The notes beneath the pieces are model-generated. The model worked only from the letters and a program-made list of their open reading frames with translations. It was not told where the DNA came from and searched no databases. A stretch of 64,000 nucleotides of DNA. Source: an uncultured Merdimonas sp. (GTDB lineage Bacteria; Bacillota; Clostridia; Lachnospirales; Lachnospiraceae). This document shows positions 43,771 to 51,748 of the stretch, piece after piece. Each line of letters begins with the position of its first letter. Position 1 is the stretch's first letter. The stretch lies in NCBI GenBank assembly GCA_944378225.1, contig CALWGE010000003.1:5455-69454 (forward strand). The letters are read 5' to 3'. Position numbers and translations under genes: made by a program.

Positions 43771-45042
43771 ATGAAGATTTTGATCGTGGGTTCCGGCGGA
43801 CGCGAGCATGCTATTGCCTGGAAGATTGCCCAGAGTCCGAAAGCGGACAAAATATATTGCGCTCCGGGTAATGCAGGTATTGAAGAATATGCGGAATGCG
43901 TACCTATTGGTGCGATGGAATTCGAAAAGCTGGCGGCATTTGCCAAAGAAAAGGAAATCGATCTTACGGTAGTAGGTATGGATGATCCGCTGGTAGGCGG
44001 TATCGTAGACGTATTTGAAAAAGAGGGTCTGCGCGTTTTTGGGCCCCGTAAAAATGCTGCAATCCTGGAGGGCTCCAAAGCTTTTTCCAAAGATCTGATG
44101 AAGAAATACGGAATCCCGACAGCAGCTTATGAAAATTTTGATGATCCGGAAAAGGCGCTGGCCTACCTGGAAACAGCGGAGTTCCCGATTGTACTGAAGG
44201 CAGACGGACTTGCTCTGGGGAAAGGCGTACTGATTTGTAATACGCTGGAAGAGGCAAAAGATGGTGTACGTACGATTATGCTGGATAAACAGTTTGGCAC
44301 AGCAGGAAACCGTATGGTAATTGAAGAGTTTATGACAGGCCGTGAAGTGTCTGTTCTGAGCTTTGTAGATGGAAGCACTATTAAATGTATGACTTCTGCC
44401 CAGGATCATAAGCGGGCATTGGATGGCGACCAGGGACTGAACACCGGCGGAATGGGAACCTTTTCCCCCAGTCCTTTCTATACGCAGGAAGTGGATGAGT
44501 TCTGCCGGAAACATATTTACCAGGCTACAGTGGATGCCATGGCAGCAGAGGGGCGTCCTTTCAAAGGCGTGATTTTCTTTGGACTGATGCTTACCCCCAA
44601 GGGACCAAAGGTTCTGGAATATAATGCACGTTTTGGAGATCCGGAAGCCCAGGTAGTGCTTCCACGTATGAAAAATGACATTGTAGATGTGTTTGAAGCC
44701 TGCATAGACGGTACGCTTGATCAGATCGATCTGCAGTTTGAAGATAATGCAGCTGTCTGTGTTGTGCTGGCTTCCGGCGGATATCCGGTATCTTACGGAA
44801 AGGGATATCCCATCGAAGGACTGGAAAGTCTTAAAGGCAAAGAGGGCGTTTACGTCTTTCATGCCGGCACGAAAAAGGAAAACGGACAGTTTGTCACCAA
44901 TGGAGGCAGGGTGCTGGGTGTGACAGCCACAGGTCCTGATTTGAAGAAGGCCCGTGCCAACGCTTACGAGGCGGTAAAGCAGGTGACTTTCGAAAAAGCT
45001 TATTGCCGCAGCGACATTGGAAAGGCCATTGATGAGGCGTAG
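43771..45042 (+). CDS. purD: Phosphoribosylamine-glycine ligase
   Basis: 423 aa. Motifs 'MKILIVGSGGREHA', 'APGNAG', 'VLKADGLALGKGV', 'EYNARFGDPE' and 'GGRVLGV'. Confidence 0.92.
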   Translation: MKILIVGSGGREHAIAWKIAQSPKADKIYCAPGNAGIEEYAECVPIGAMEFEKLAAFAKEKEIDLTVVGMDDPLVGGIVDVFEKEGLRVFGPRKNAAILEGSKAFSKDLMKKYGIPTAAYENFDDPEKALAYLETAEFPIVLKADGLALGKGVLICNTLEEAKDGVRTIMLDKQFGTAGNRMVIEEFMTGREVSVLSFVDGSTIKCMTSAQDHKRALDGDQGLNTGGMGTFSPSPFYTQEVDEFCRKHIYQATVDAMAAEGRPFKGVIFFGLMLTPKGPKVLEYNARFGDPEAQVVLPRMKNDIVDVFEACIDGTLDQIDLQFEDNAAVCVVLASGGYPVSYGKGYPIEGLESLKGKEGVYVFHAGTKKENGQFVTNGGRVLGVTATGPDLKKARANAYEAVKQVTFEKAYCRSDIGKAIDEA

Positions 45043-45117
45043 CAAAAGGCAGAGATGCGCCTGCGCGGCGCAGACGGTGCAAAGGCGACGCCGATAAATG
45101 AGCTGCAGGAATGTAAG

Positions 45118-45162
45118 GAACAGAATGACTTGTAGGAATACAGGTGATTCTGTTCTTTTTTT
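45118..45162 (+). terminator. Rho-independent terminator after purD
   Basis: GAACAGAAT (45118-45126) pairs with ATTCTGTTC (45147-45155). Seven Ts follow (45156-45162). Confidence 0.7.
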
Positions 45163-45255
45163 GCAGTTTCCTGCAACTTTTTGTTTTCTTTTTTTATCTA
45201 TATAATAGAAAACGCAATAAGATACAGCGCTGTAATAATAAGGAAGGTGATTACC

Positions 45256-45748
45256 ATGACACAGAATTTATATGACAGAGTAGTCAGATGCGTCATAGAA
45301 AATCAGAATAAATTTTATCGACTGGCTTTCAGCTATGTACAGAATCAGGAGGACGCTCTTGACGCCGTACAGAGCGCGGTATGTAAGGCTCTGGAACATT
45401 ATGGGGATAAAGAACAGTGCGGCTGTAAAGACATGGATTTACCGGATTGTGGTAAATGAAAGTCTTTCCATTCTGCGGGAGCGGGGGAGAGAGGTATTGT
45501 CAGGAGAAGAATCACAGCCGGAAGAACCGTATGTGGAAAAGGGATTTGACCAGCCGGAAGAAGATTTGTACGGACATATAAACCGGCTGGAACCAGAGGT
45601 CCAGGAAATTATAAAATTGAGATTTTACGAGGAATTGTCCCTGCAGGAGATATCTCAGATTATGGAGATGAATCTGAATACAGTGAAATCAAAACTGTAT
45701 CGGGGACTGAAGGCATTGAGAATATCGATTCAGGAGGTGGGAGCATGA
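45256..45748 (+). pseudogene. ECF (sigma-70 family, SigV-like) RNA polymerase sigma factor interrupted by a 1-nt frameshift
   Basis: Region 2 ('DALDAVQSAVCKALEHY') is in the frame that starts at ATG 45256. Its continuation ('IKNSAAVKTWIYRIVVNESLSIL...', region 4 'LSLQEISQIMEMNLNTVKSKLYRG') is in the next frame. The switch maps to the GGGG run at 45403-45406. The total length of 493 nt is not a multiple of 3. Confidence 0.7.
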
Positions 45749-46620
45749 ACCGAATGGAGAATGCAAAAAAGAAATATGATGAGATTCCGATTCCGGAGGA
45801 ATTATCGCAACGTATTATGTGGGAAGTAGAAAAGGCAAATCAGAAGAAAAAAATGTCCGGGGCCCGGAAGAGCAAACATCTGCGTTCATGGCAGAAGGGG
45901 CTTGTGGCGGCAGCGGCAGTTATGGCAGTTTTTGTGACGGCATTGAATACCAGCACAGCATTTGCACAGAATATGGGAGAACTTCCGGTCATTGGGGCCT
46001 TTGCCAGAGTTCTTACCTTCCGTTCCTATGAAACAGAGACAGAAGATGATCTGAAAATTTCTGTGGAGATTCCGACTATTGAGATGATAGCGGAGGGAAC
46101 CGGTAACCTGGCAGATTCCGTGAATGAAGAGATTCTTGCTATGTGTGAACAGTTTGCAGATGAGGCAGTAGAGCGTGCGAAAGAATACAGGACCGCGTTT
46201 CTGGAGACAGGCGGTACCGAGGAAGAATGGGCAGCTCATAATATTGAAATTTACGTGGGTTATGAGGTTAAAGCCCAGACGGACAAATATCTGTCTGTAA
46301 TAGTGACAGGCAGCGAAAACTGGTCAAACGCTTATGCCGAAACACGGTATTACAATTTTGATCTGGAAAAAGGACGACAGGTGACACTGGAAGATCTCCT
46401 GGGCGCTGACTATAAGGAAATCGCAGATGAGGCTATATTAAGCCAGATTCCCGAGAAAGAAGCTCAGAGTGGAATGGATTACTGGGAAGAAGATTTTACA
46501 GGTGTAACAGAAGATACGAATTTTTATGTAAATGAGGCCGGTAATCCGGTAATTGTGTTTGGACAATATGAGATTGCCCCTGGAGCAGCCGGAGAACCTG
46601 AGTTTGAAATCGTGAGGTGA
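45745..46620 (+). CDS. RsiV-like anti-sigma factor (N-terminal anti-sigma segment, one TM, extracytoplasmic DUF4163/DUF3298-like domain)
   Basis: 291 aa. The start overlaps the sigma stop. TM helix 'GLVAAAAVMAVFVTAL'. C-terminal part contains 'YLSVIVTGSENWSNAYAETRYYNFDLEKG' and 'PVIVFGQYEIAPGAAGEPEFEI'. Confidence 0.6.
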   Translation: MNRMENAKKKYDEIPIPEELSQRIMWEVEKANQKKKMSGARKSKHLRSWQKGLVAAAAVMAVFVTALNTSTAFAQNMGELPVIGAFARVLTFRSYETETEDDLKISVEIPTIEMIAEGTGNLADSVNEEILAMCEQFADEAVERAKEYRTAFLETGGTEEEWAAHNIEIYVGYEVKAQTDKYLSVIVTGSENWSNAYAETRYYNFDLEKGRQVTLEDLLGADYKEIADEAILSQIPEKEAQSGMDYWEEDFTGVTEDTNFYVNEAGNPVIVFGQYEIAPGAAGEPEFEIVR

Positions 46621-47216
46621 GAAAAATGACGGGAGCAGGATATAAAAAGATAATTTTACTGTGCACAGCAGTGTTCCTGCTCTCGGGATGTACTCTTTCA
46701 CCGGGCAGAAAAACTCTGGCTGATACAGTACTTACGGGAGTGCAGAAAGCAGAGGCGGCAGGAATAGAAGAAGACAGCAGAAGAGTTCTTGAAACCCTGT
46801 GGAAAATTCCCGGAATGAAGGATGAACAGACAGCGGAGCTGCTGGGAGGCGGCGAAGAGAACTGGACAGAAGACGGAACTCTGTATATCGGAAGAATCTA
46901 TCAGACGGAGCTGTTTGGAGAAAAATGTAAGGTCCTCACTTCGTGCAGTAATGACAGAATTGTAAAAGCTGTAACCGTCTGGGTTGTTCATGGAGAGAGG
47001 GAAGTCAGCGAGGAAGAAGCCAGGCTGTGGACAGAACGGATTTCAGACATGATGAATGCAGATCCTGTCTGCCGGTATCAGCTTCTGGAGTATCGTTCTC
47101 TGGAATCAGGAGCCAGAAGCTGGAAATGGATTCAGGATGATCTTTCCGTCAGCATGTGTCAGATGAAAGATATATTGAGCATAAGCTTTCAGCCGGCAGA
47201 CAGCACATGGAAGTGA
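46617..47216 (+). CDS. Lipoprotein, unknown function
   Basis: Lipobox 'VFLLSGC' after a short basic N-terminus. The start may be GTG 46617 or ATG 46626. Confidence 0.6.
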   Translation: MRKMTGAGYKKIILLCTAVFLLSGCTLSPGRKTLADTVLTGVQKAEAAGIEEDSRRVLETLWKIPGMKDEQTAELLGGGEENWTEDGTLYIGRIYQTELFGEKCKVLTSCSNDRIVKAVTVWVVHGEREVSEEEARLWTERISDMMNADPVCRYQLLEYRSLESGARSWKWIQDDLSVSMCQMKDILSISFQPADSTWK

Positions 47217-47242
47217 GAAAACAAACAGGAGGATTTAAGAAA

Positions 47243-47809
47243 ATGAGAATTACGAAACTGCTTGCTGCGGCAGGTTTGACTGCAGTGATGATAATGAGTG
47301 GCTGCGGACAAGAGAAAACAGAGGAAATGACTGTACAGGAGACCACTCAGACTACTGAACAGGGAACAGAATCAGTTCAAGAAGAAATTTCTGCGGGTGC
47401 AGAGGAAACAGAAGAGGAAGCTGACAATGAGCAGGAGATGAGCTCCGGTACAGAACCGGTTTATGAGGACAATTTTGCCGTTGGGCAGGAAGCGGCAGCG
47501 GCCTTTTGTGAAAAAGTAAAGGAGGCAGCAGCGGCAGAGGATCTTGAGGCTCTGGCAGAACTGACATCTTTCCCTGTCTATGTAGGACTGCCGGATACGG
47601 ACGGAATTGTGGAGACAAAGGAAGATTTTATTAATCTGGGTGCGGAAAAAATCTTTACTGAAGAAATGCTTTCTGCTGTGTCAGAAGCGGACGTCAGTGG
47701 ACAGGAACCCAGTATGGCAGGTTTTGTAATGGAAGGCGAAAGCGGAAGACCGAATATTATTTTTGGTGTCGTGGAAGGAAAACTGGCGATAACGGGAATG
47801 AATTACTGA
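47243..47809 (+). CDS. Lipoprotein with an acidic linker, unknown function
   Basis: ATG 47243 sits behind ACAGGAGGA (the ORF track starts at 47156). Begins 'MRITKLLAAAGLTAVMIMSGC', a lipobox. Confidence 0.65.
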   Translation: MRITKLLAAAGLTAVMIMSGCGQEKTEEMTVQETTQTTEQGTESVQEEISAGAEETEEEADNEQEMSSGTEPVYEDNFAVGQEAAAAFCEKVKEAAAAEDLEALAELTSFPVYVGLPDTDGIVETKEDFINLGAEKIFTEEMLSAVSEADVSGQEPSMAGFVMEGESGRPNIIFGVVEGKLAITGMNY

Positions 47810-47830
47810 TAAAGCAGATTTTGACTGAAA

Positions 47831-47885
47831 AACAGAAGCCCCTGAGCTGCGGATTTGTTTTGCCTGCAGCTCAGGGGCTTCTGTT
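47831..47885. terminator. Bidirectional intrinsic terminator between convergent genes
   Basis: A perfect 20-bp inverted repeat, AACAGAAGCCCCTGAGCTGC (47831-47850) and GCAGCTCAGGGGCTTCTGTT (47866-47885), with a 15-nt loop. Flanked by an A-run on the left and a T-run on the right. Confidence 0.8.
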
Positions 47886-47891
47886 TTCAGG

Positions 47892-50369
47892 TTATCCTGT
47901 CAGGATTCGCATGCTCTGTGCGATGAGAAAACACAGAATTAATCCTGTTCCAGTGGGAAGAGCCGCGGCGAGAAAAGACCATTTCCAGGAACCGGTCTCC
48001 CGGCGGATAGTCAGAAGCGTTGCGGCACAGGGCCAGTGAAAGAGCATGAAGATGAGAGTACATATGGCGGTAACGGCAGTCCACCCATTAGACATAAGGA
48101 TGGATGCCAGATCCGGGAACGAATTCGTTTCCAGGAGTATTCCCTGCTGAAGATAAGCAGACAGCATAATAGGCACTACGATTTCGTTGGCAGGAAGACC
48201 AAGGATGAAAGCCATCAGGATTACGCCGTCAAGTCCGAAGGGTGTGGCCAGAGGATCCATTACTCCGGCACACAGGGACAGGAGACTGGTATCGTTTACA
48301 TAAATGTTTGCCAGCAGCCATATCAGAACGCCGGCCGGAACTGCAGCTGTTACAGCTCTGCCCAGAACAAAAAAAGTTCTGTCCAGAAGAGAGCGGATGA
48401 TAATCTTTCCAGGCTGAGGCCTCCGGTAAGGGGGAAGCTCCAGGGTAAAGGCGGAAGGAAGTCCCCGGAGAAGCGTTACCGACAAAAGGCGGGAAATCAG
48501 CAGAGCTGTACCTGCGGCCAGGATCATTACAGCAGTCAGAAGCAGTGCAGGAAACAGAAAAGCAGCCGCAGGATTCTTTCCCATATTGTTGCAGACAGTA
48601 CCGGAAAGAAAGGTAAGGAACAGAAAAATCAGAGTAATCAGGGCAGGAAAACGACCGTTGCATGGGATAAAGCCGGCGGTCAGAATCGCAATCATCCGTT
48701 CCCGTGGTGATTCAATGATCCTGCATCCGGTAACCCCCACAGCGTTGCATCCGAAGCTCATGCAGAGAGTCAGGGCCTGTTTCCCGCAGGAACGGCAGCG
48801 CTGAAAAGCATGGTCCAGATTATAGGCAATTCGCGGAAGGTAACCGGTATCTTCCAGAAACGTAAACAGCGGAAAGAAAATTGCCATGGGCGGAAGCATG
48901 ACAGAGACGACCCAGGCCAGGACACGATAGGCACCGTCTGTCAGCATGCTGCAAAGCCAGGCAGGAGTCCTGAGCTGCACAAGGACAGAGGACAAGATAT
49001 CCTGGAAGCTGAACAGAATCCGCGACAGCAGTTCCGATGGATAGTTGGCTCCTGCAATAGTCAGCCAGAGAATAAAAGCCAATAAAAACAGCATAACAGG
49101 GTAGGCGGAAAAACGGCCGGTCAGAATACGGTCAAGAAAGCGTTCTTTTTTCTGTACGGCCAGACTGTCTGTCTGTACGGCTTTATGAGCGATTTCTCCG
49201 GCCCGGTTCAGAATGCTCTCGGCTACTGCGTCAGAAAGAGTTTCGTTTTCATCAGATTCAGCATGGCTTTTCAGCCCGGCTGCATACAGTACGGAATTGG
49301 CCTCTCCGAGGGCAGACTGAACAGAAAAATTATTTTTAAGATGGAATCCCAGGTGTTTTTCGAGACCGGCCTCCAGGGAACGGTCCTCTTCCAGAAGCCG
49401 CAGCGCAAGCCATCTGGCAGGCAGAAGACTGTCTGTAAGTTTATGAATCGGATTTTCAAGAATCTGTATGGCAGCCTCCAGAGGAGCCGGGTAGGGGACG
49501 GGAGAGGCCGGACGCATGCCGGGACCGTCAAGAAGCTTATCCAGAGCCTCTGTGAGTCTGCTGAGAGTGGTTTTATCCCGGGCAGTAATACCGACCACAG
49601 GAACTCCGAGATCGGCGGACAGTGTTTTCAGATTGATGTGAATACTGCGTTTTGCAGCTTCATCCATCATATTTATACAGACGACGGTTCTTGGACAAAG
49701 CTCAAGAATCTGAAGAACAAGATTGAGATTCCGTTCAAGGCAGCAGGCATCGCAGACGGCGATAACCGCTTCTGCGCCGCCAAAACACAGAAAATCCCTT
49801 GTGATTTCTTCTTCAGGGGAGCGGGGAGACAGAGAATAGGCGCCAGGTGTGTCGGTCAGGCGGTATCGGTGAAGAACAGTTTCAAAAGTTCCGGAAGCCT
49901 GTTCTATTGTTTTTCCGGGCCAGTTCCCAGTGTGCTGATGCAGACCGGTCAGACCGTTGAAAACGGTGCTCTTTCCTACATTGGGATTGCCGGCCAAAGC
50001 CACAGACCGGAAAGAACGCCCGGGTTCAGTCTGTTCCACAACAATCTGCCTGCTGTCACGGTCCCGAAGCGCAATAACGGTTCCGCGTATCAGAAAGGCG
50101 GCAGGGTCGCCTGCAGGACTGCGCCCTACGCAGGAAACAGGAGCGTGGGAACCAAGCCCCAGATCCAAAAATCTTCGTCTCAGGTTTCCACTGCATAGAA
50201 TTCTCCGGACTCTGGCACTCTGTCCGGGTTTCAGTTCATTTAAGGTACTGTATTTGGAAAGCAATAGATTCACCCCGTGCAGAATTGCGTTTTCCCGGTT
50301 TCGGCAATGCACTGACCCGGGGAAGCGCAGTTTATAATCCACAATATGCAAGAATCTGTTATTTGACAA
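47892..50369 (-). CDS. feoB: Ferrous iron transporter FeoB with an N-terminally fused FeoA domain
   Basis: FeoA-like 'LNELKPGQSARVRRI...GLGSHAPVSCVGRSPAGDPAAFLIRGTVIALR', then the G-domain 'VALAGNPNVGKSTVFNGLTG...HTGNWPGKT' and a polytopic permease. The 5' end is uncertain: a TTG at 50369 with no clear RBS. Confidence 0.88.
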   Translation of the reverse strand: MSNNRFLHIVDYKLRFPGSVHCRNRENAILHGVNLLLSKYSTLNELKPGQSARVRRILCSGNLRRRFLDLGLGSHAPVSCVGRSPAGDPAAFLIRGTVIALRDRDSRQIVVEQTEPGRSFRSVALAGNPNVGKSTVFNGLTGLHQHTGNWPGKTIEQASGTFETVLHRYRLTDTPGAYSLSPRSPEEEITRDFLCFGGAEAVIAVCDACCLERNLNLVLQILELCPRTVVCINMMDEAAKRSIHINLKTLSADLGVPVVGITARDKTTLSRLTEALDKLLDGPGMRPASPVPYPAPLEAAIQILENPIHKLTDSLLPARWLALRLLEEDRSLEAGLEKHLGFHLKNNFSVQSALGEANSVLYAAGLKSHAESDENETLSDAVAESILNRAGEIAHKAVQTDSLAVQKKERFLDRILTGRFSAYPVMLFLLAFILWLTIAGANYPSELLSRILFSFQDILSSVLVQLRTPAWLCSMLTDGAYRVLAWVVSVMLPPMAIFFPLFTFLEDTGYLPRIAYNLDHAFQRCRSCGKQALTLCMSFGCNAVGVTGCRIIESPRERMIAILTAGFIPCNGRFPALITLIFLFLTFLSGTVCNNMGKNPAAAFLFPALLLTAVMILAAGTALLISRLLSVTLLRGLPSAFTLELPPYRRPQPGKIIIRSLLDRTFFVLGRAVTAAVPAGVLIWLLANIYVNDTSLLSLCAGVMDPLATPFGLDGVILMAFILGLPANEIVVPIMLSAYLQQGILLETNSFPDLASILMSNGWTAVTAICTLIFMLFHWPCAATLLTIRRETGSWKWSFLAAALPTGTGLILCFLIAQSMRILTG

Positions 50370-50477
50370 CGCAGGCCTCAGCGATTATAATAAGGTAAGC
50401 ATGATATGCATAAAAATCAATATCATGAGGTACAGTATTTCATTTAACCACAAGATATATGATGATGGAGGATAATA

Positions 50478-51656
50478 ATGATGAAGAGACTTTGCCGGAA
50501 ACGGGGAGTTTGGAAATACATGGGAGGATTGGCCTTATGTGGGGCCTGTGTACTGTTCCTGAGTATGGGACTTGGAGGAAAAGCTGCGCGTACAGGTACA
50601 GTATCTGTGGAGAGCGCGCGTGTGCGTGCCGAAGCATCCACAGGTGCGGATGTAGCAGGCTCCCTGGCATCGGGAGATACGGTTGATGTGATAGGTGAGA
50701 CGGAAAGCGGCGGAAGTACCTGGTATCAGGTTCAGTATACACAGGACGGAGAACAGATAACGGGATGGCTTCGTTCCGATTTGCTTTCTGTCAGCGGAAC
50801 TGAAGAAGAACCTCGGGAACCCGAAGAAACAGGTGAAACAGAGGAGACGGAATCTTCTTCAGCAGCCTTTACGATTCTGGAACCGACGATAGCGCCAACT
50901 GCCGAATATCTGACAGAGACCACAGTTCAGGTGGGTGAGACATCCTTTACCGCCTGGCAGGCAAATGCAGATTCAGCTGTTTATCTGGTATGGGCAGCGG
51001 CAGCAGACGGTACAGAGGGCTGGTACTGGTATGATCCGGCTCAGGGGACTTTTCAGCAGGATCTGGGACAGTTTGGCGCAGAGGGTCTGGTAGATGCTCT
51101 TCAGGACGAATTGACATCCCTGAAGGAATCCAGTGCAAAGGATCTGAGCATGCGTCTCTATATTATAATAGGGCTTGGGGTTCTGAGCGTAATTCTTCTT
51201 GTTCTTGTCATTATATTTGCTGTAAAGAGCAGAAATGTGGAATACGAATATGATGATGGCGATGAGGAAGACGAAGACGATACTGCAGAAGATGACGATG
51301 ATTATGAGGATGAGAAACCCAGAAAAAGAGGCGGATTTTTCAGAAAACGGAAAGAGGAAGAAGACGACGAGGAAGACGACTTTGATGAGTTTGTCGAAGC
51401 TGTAAGAAGAAAAAAGGCAGCTGATGCAGCTGCGGAAAAAGACTTTGACGCAGACGAAGAAACAGAAGAAGAGGAAGAAGAAAAGATCGATCTGACTTTG
51501 ACAGCAAATCTTCCTCAGATTGATATGACTGAGGTGGATGAGATAGAGAAAGAAGCGGGAAAGACATCTGAAAAATCGGAACAGGCTCGAAAAGTGAAGG
51601 ATGAGGAAGAGGATTTCGATATTGAGATTTTTGATTTGGAAGATCTGAATCTGTAG
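50478..51656 (+). CDS. SH3b-domain membrane protein with a polyacidic cytoplasmic tail
   Basis: GGAGG 6 nt upstream. Signal/anchor 'GGLALCGACVLFLSMGL'. SH3b-like 'VESARVRAEASTGADVAGSLASGDTVDVIGE...WYQVQY...GWLRSDLL'. TM helix 'LYIIIGLGVLSVILLVLVIIFAV'. About 150 residues dominated by D/E follow. Confidence 0.7.
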   Translation: MMKRLCRKRGVWKYMGGLALCGACVLFLSMGLGGKAARTGTVSVESARVRAEASTGADVAGSLASGDTVDVIGETESGGSTWYQVQYTQDGEQITGWLRSDLLSVSGTEEEPREPEETGETEETESSSAAFTILEPTIAPTAEYLTETTVQVGETSFTAWQANADSAVYLVWAAAADGTEGWYWYDPAQGTFQQDLGQFGAEGLVDALQDELTSLKESSAKDLSMRLYIIIGLGVLSVILLVLVIIFAVKSRNVEYEYDDGDEEDEDDTAEDDDDYEDEKPRKRGGFFRKRKEEEDDEEDDFDEFVEAVRRKKAADAAAEKDFDADEETEEEEEEKIDLTLTANLPQIDMTEVDEIEKEAGKTSEKSEQARKVKDEEEDFDIEIFDLEDLNL

Positions 51657-51748
51657 AGCTGAGCAGTATATAAGCCGGAAATCTGATATACTTAAGAAAA
51701 GAGAAGGGCGGGGTGACGAACCTCGCCCCTTGTAACAGGAGGAAATGT

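Noticed and set aside
43687-45045. 452-aa - strand ORF covering purD.
   Set aside because: It is antisense to purD (GARS), which has unmistakable motifs. This is a shadow ORF.
48036-50198. + strand ORFs of 224 aa (48036-48710) and 337 aa (49185-50198), which would keep the all-plus-strand pattern of the window.
   Set aside because: The - strand frame encodes a complete FeoA-G-domain-permease protein with canonical GTPase motifs. The + strand translations are R/K/G/Q-rich and have no motifs.
50370-50477. Possible Fur box in the feoAB / SH3b divergent promoter region.
   Set aside because: There is only a partial A/T-rich match (TGATATTGATTTT) to the 7-1-7 TGATAAT-n-ATTATCA consensus. I cannot distinguish it from background AT-rich promoter DNA without a PWM scan.
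51690-51730. GC-rich hairpin (AGGGCGGGG ... CCTCGCCCCT) between the SH3b gene and clpC, considered as a terminator or a CtsR site.
   Set aside because: The stem needs a bulge, no T-tract follows, and there is no GGTCAAA repeat. It is too weak to call.
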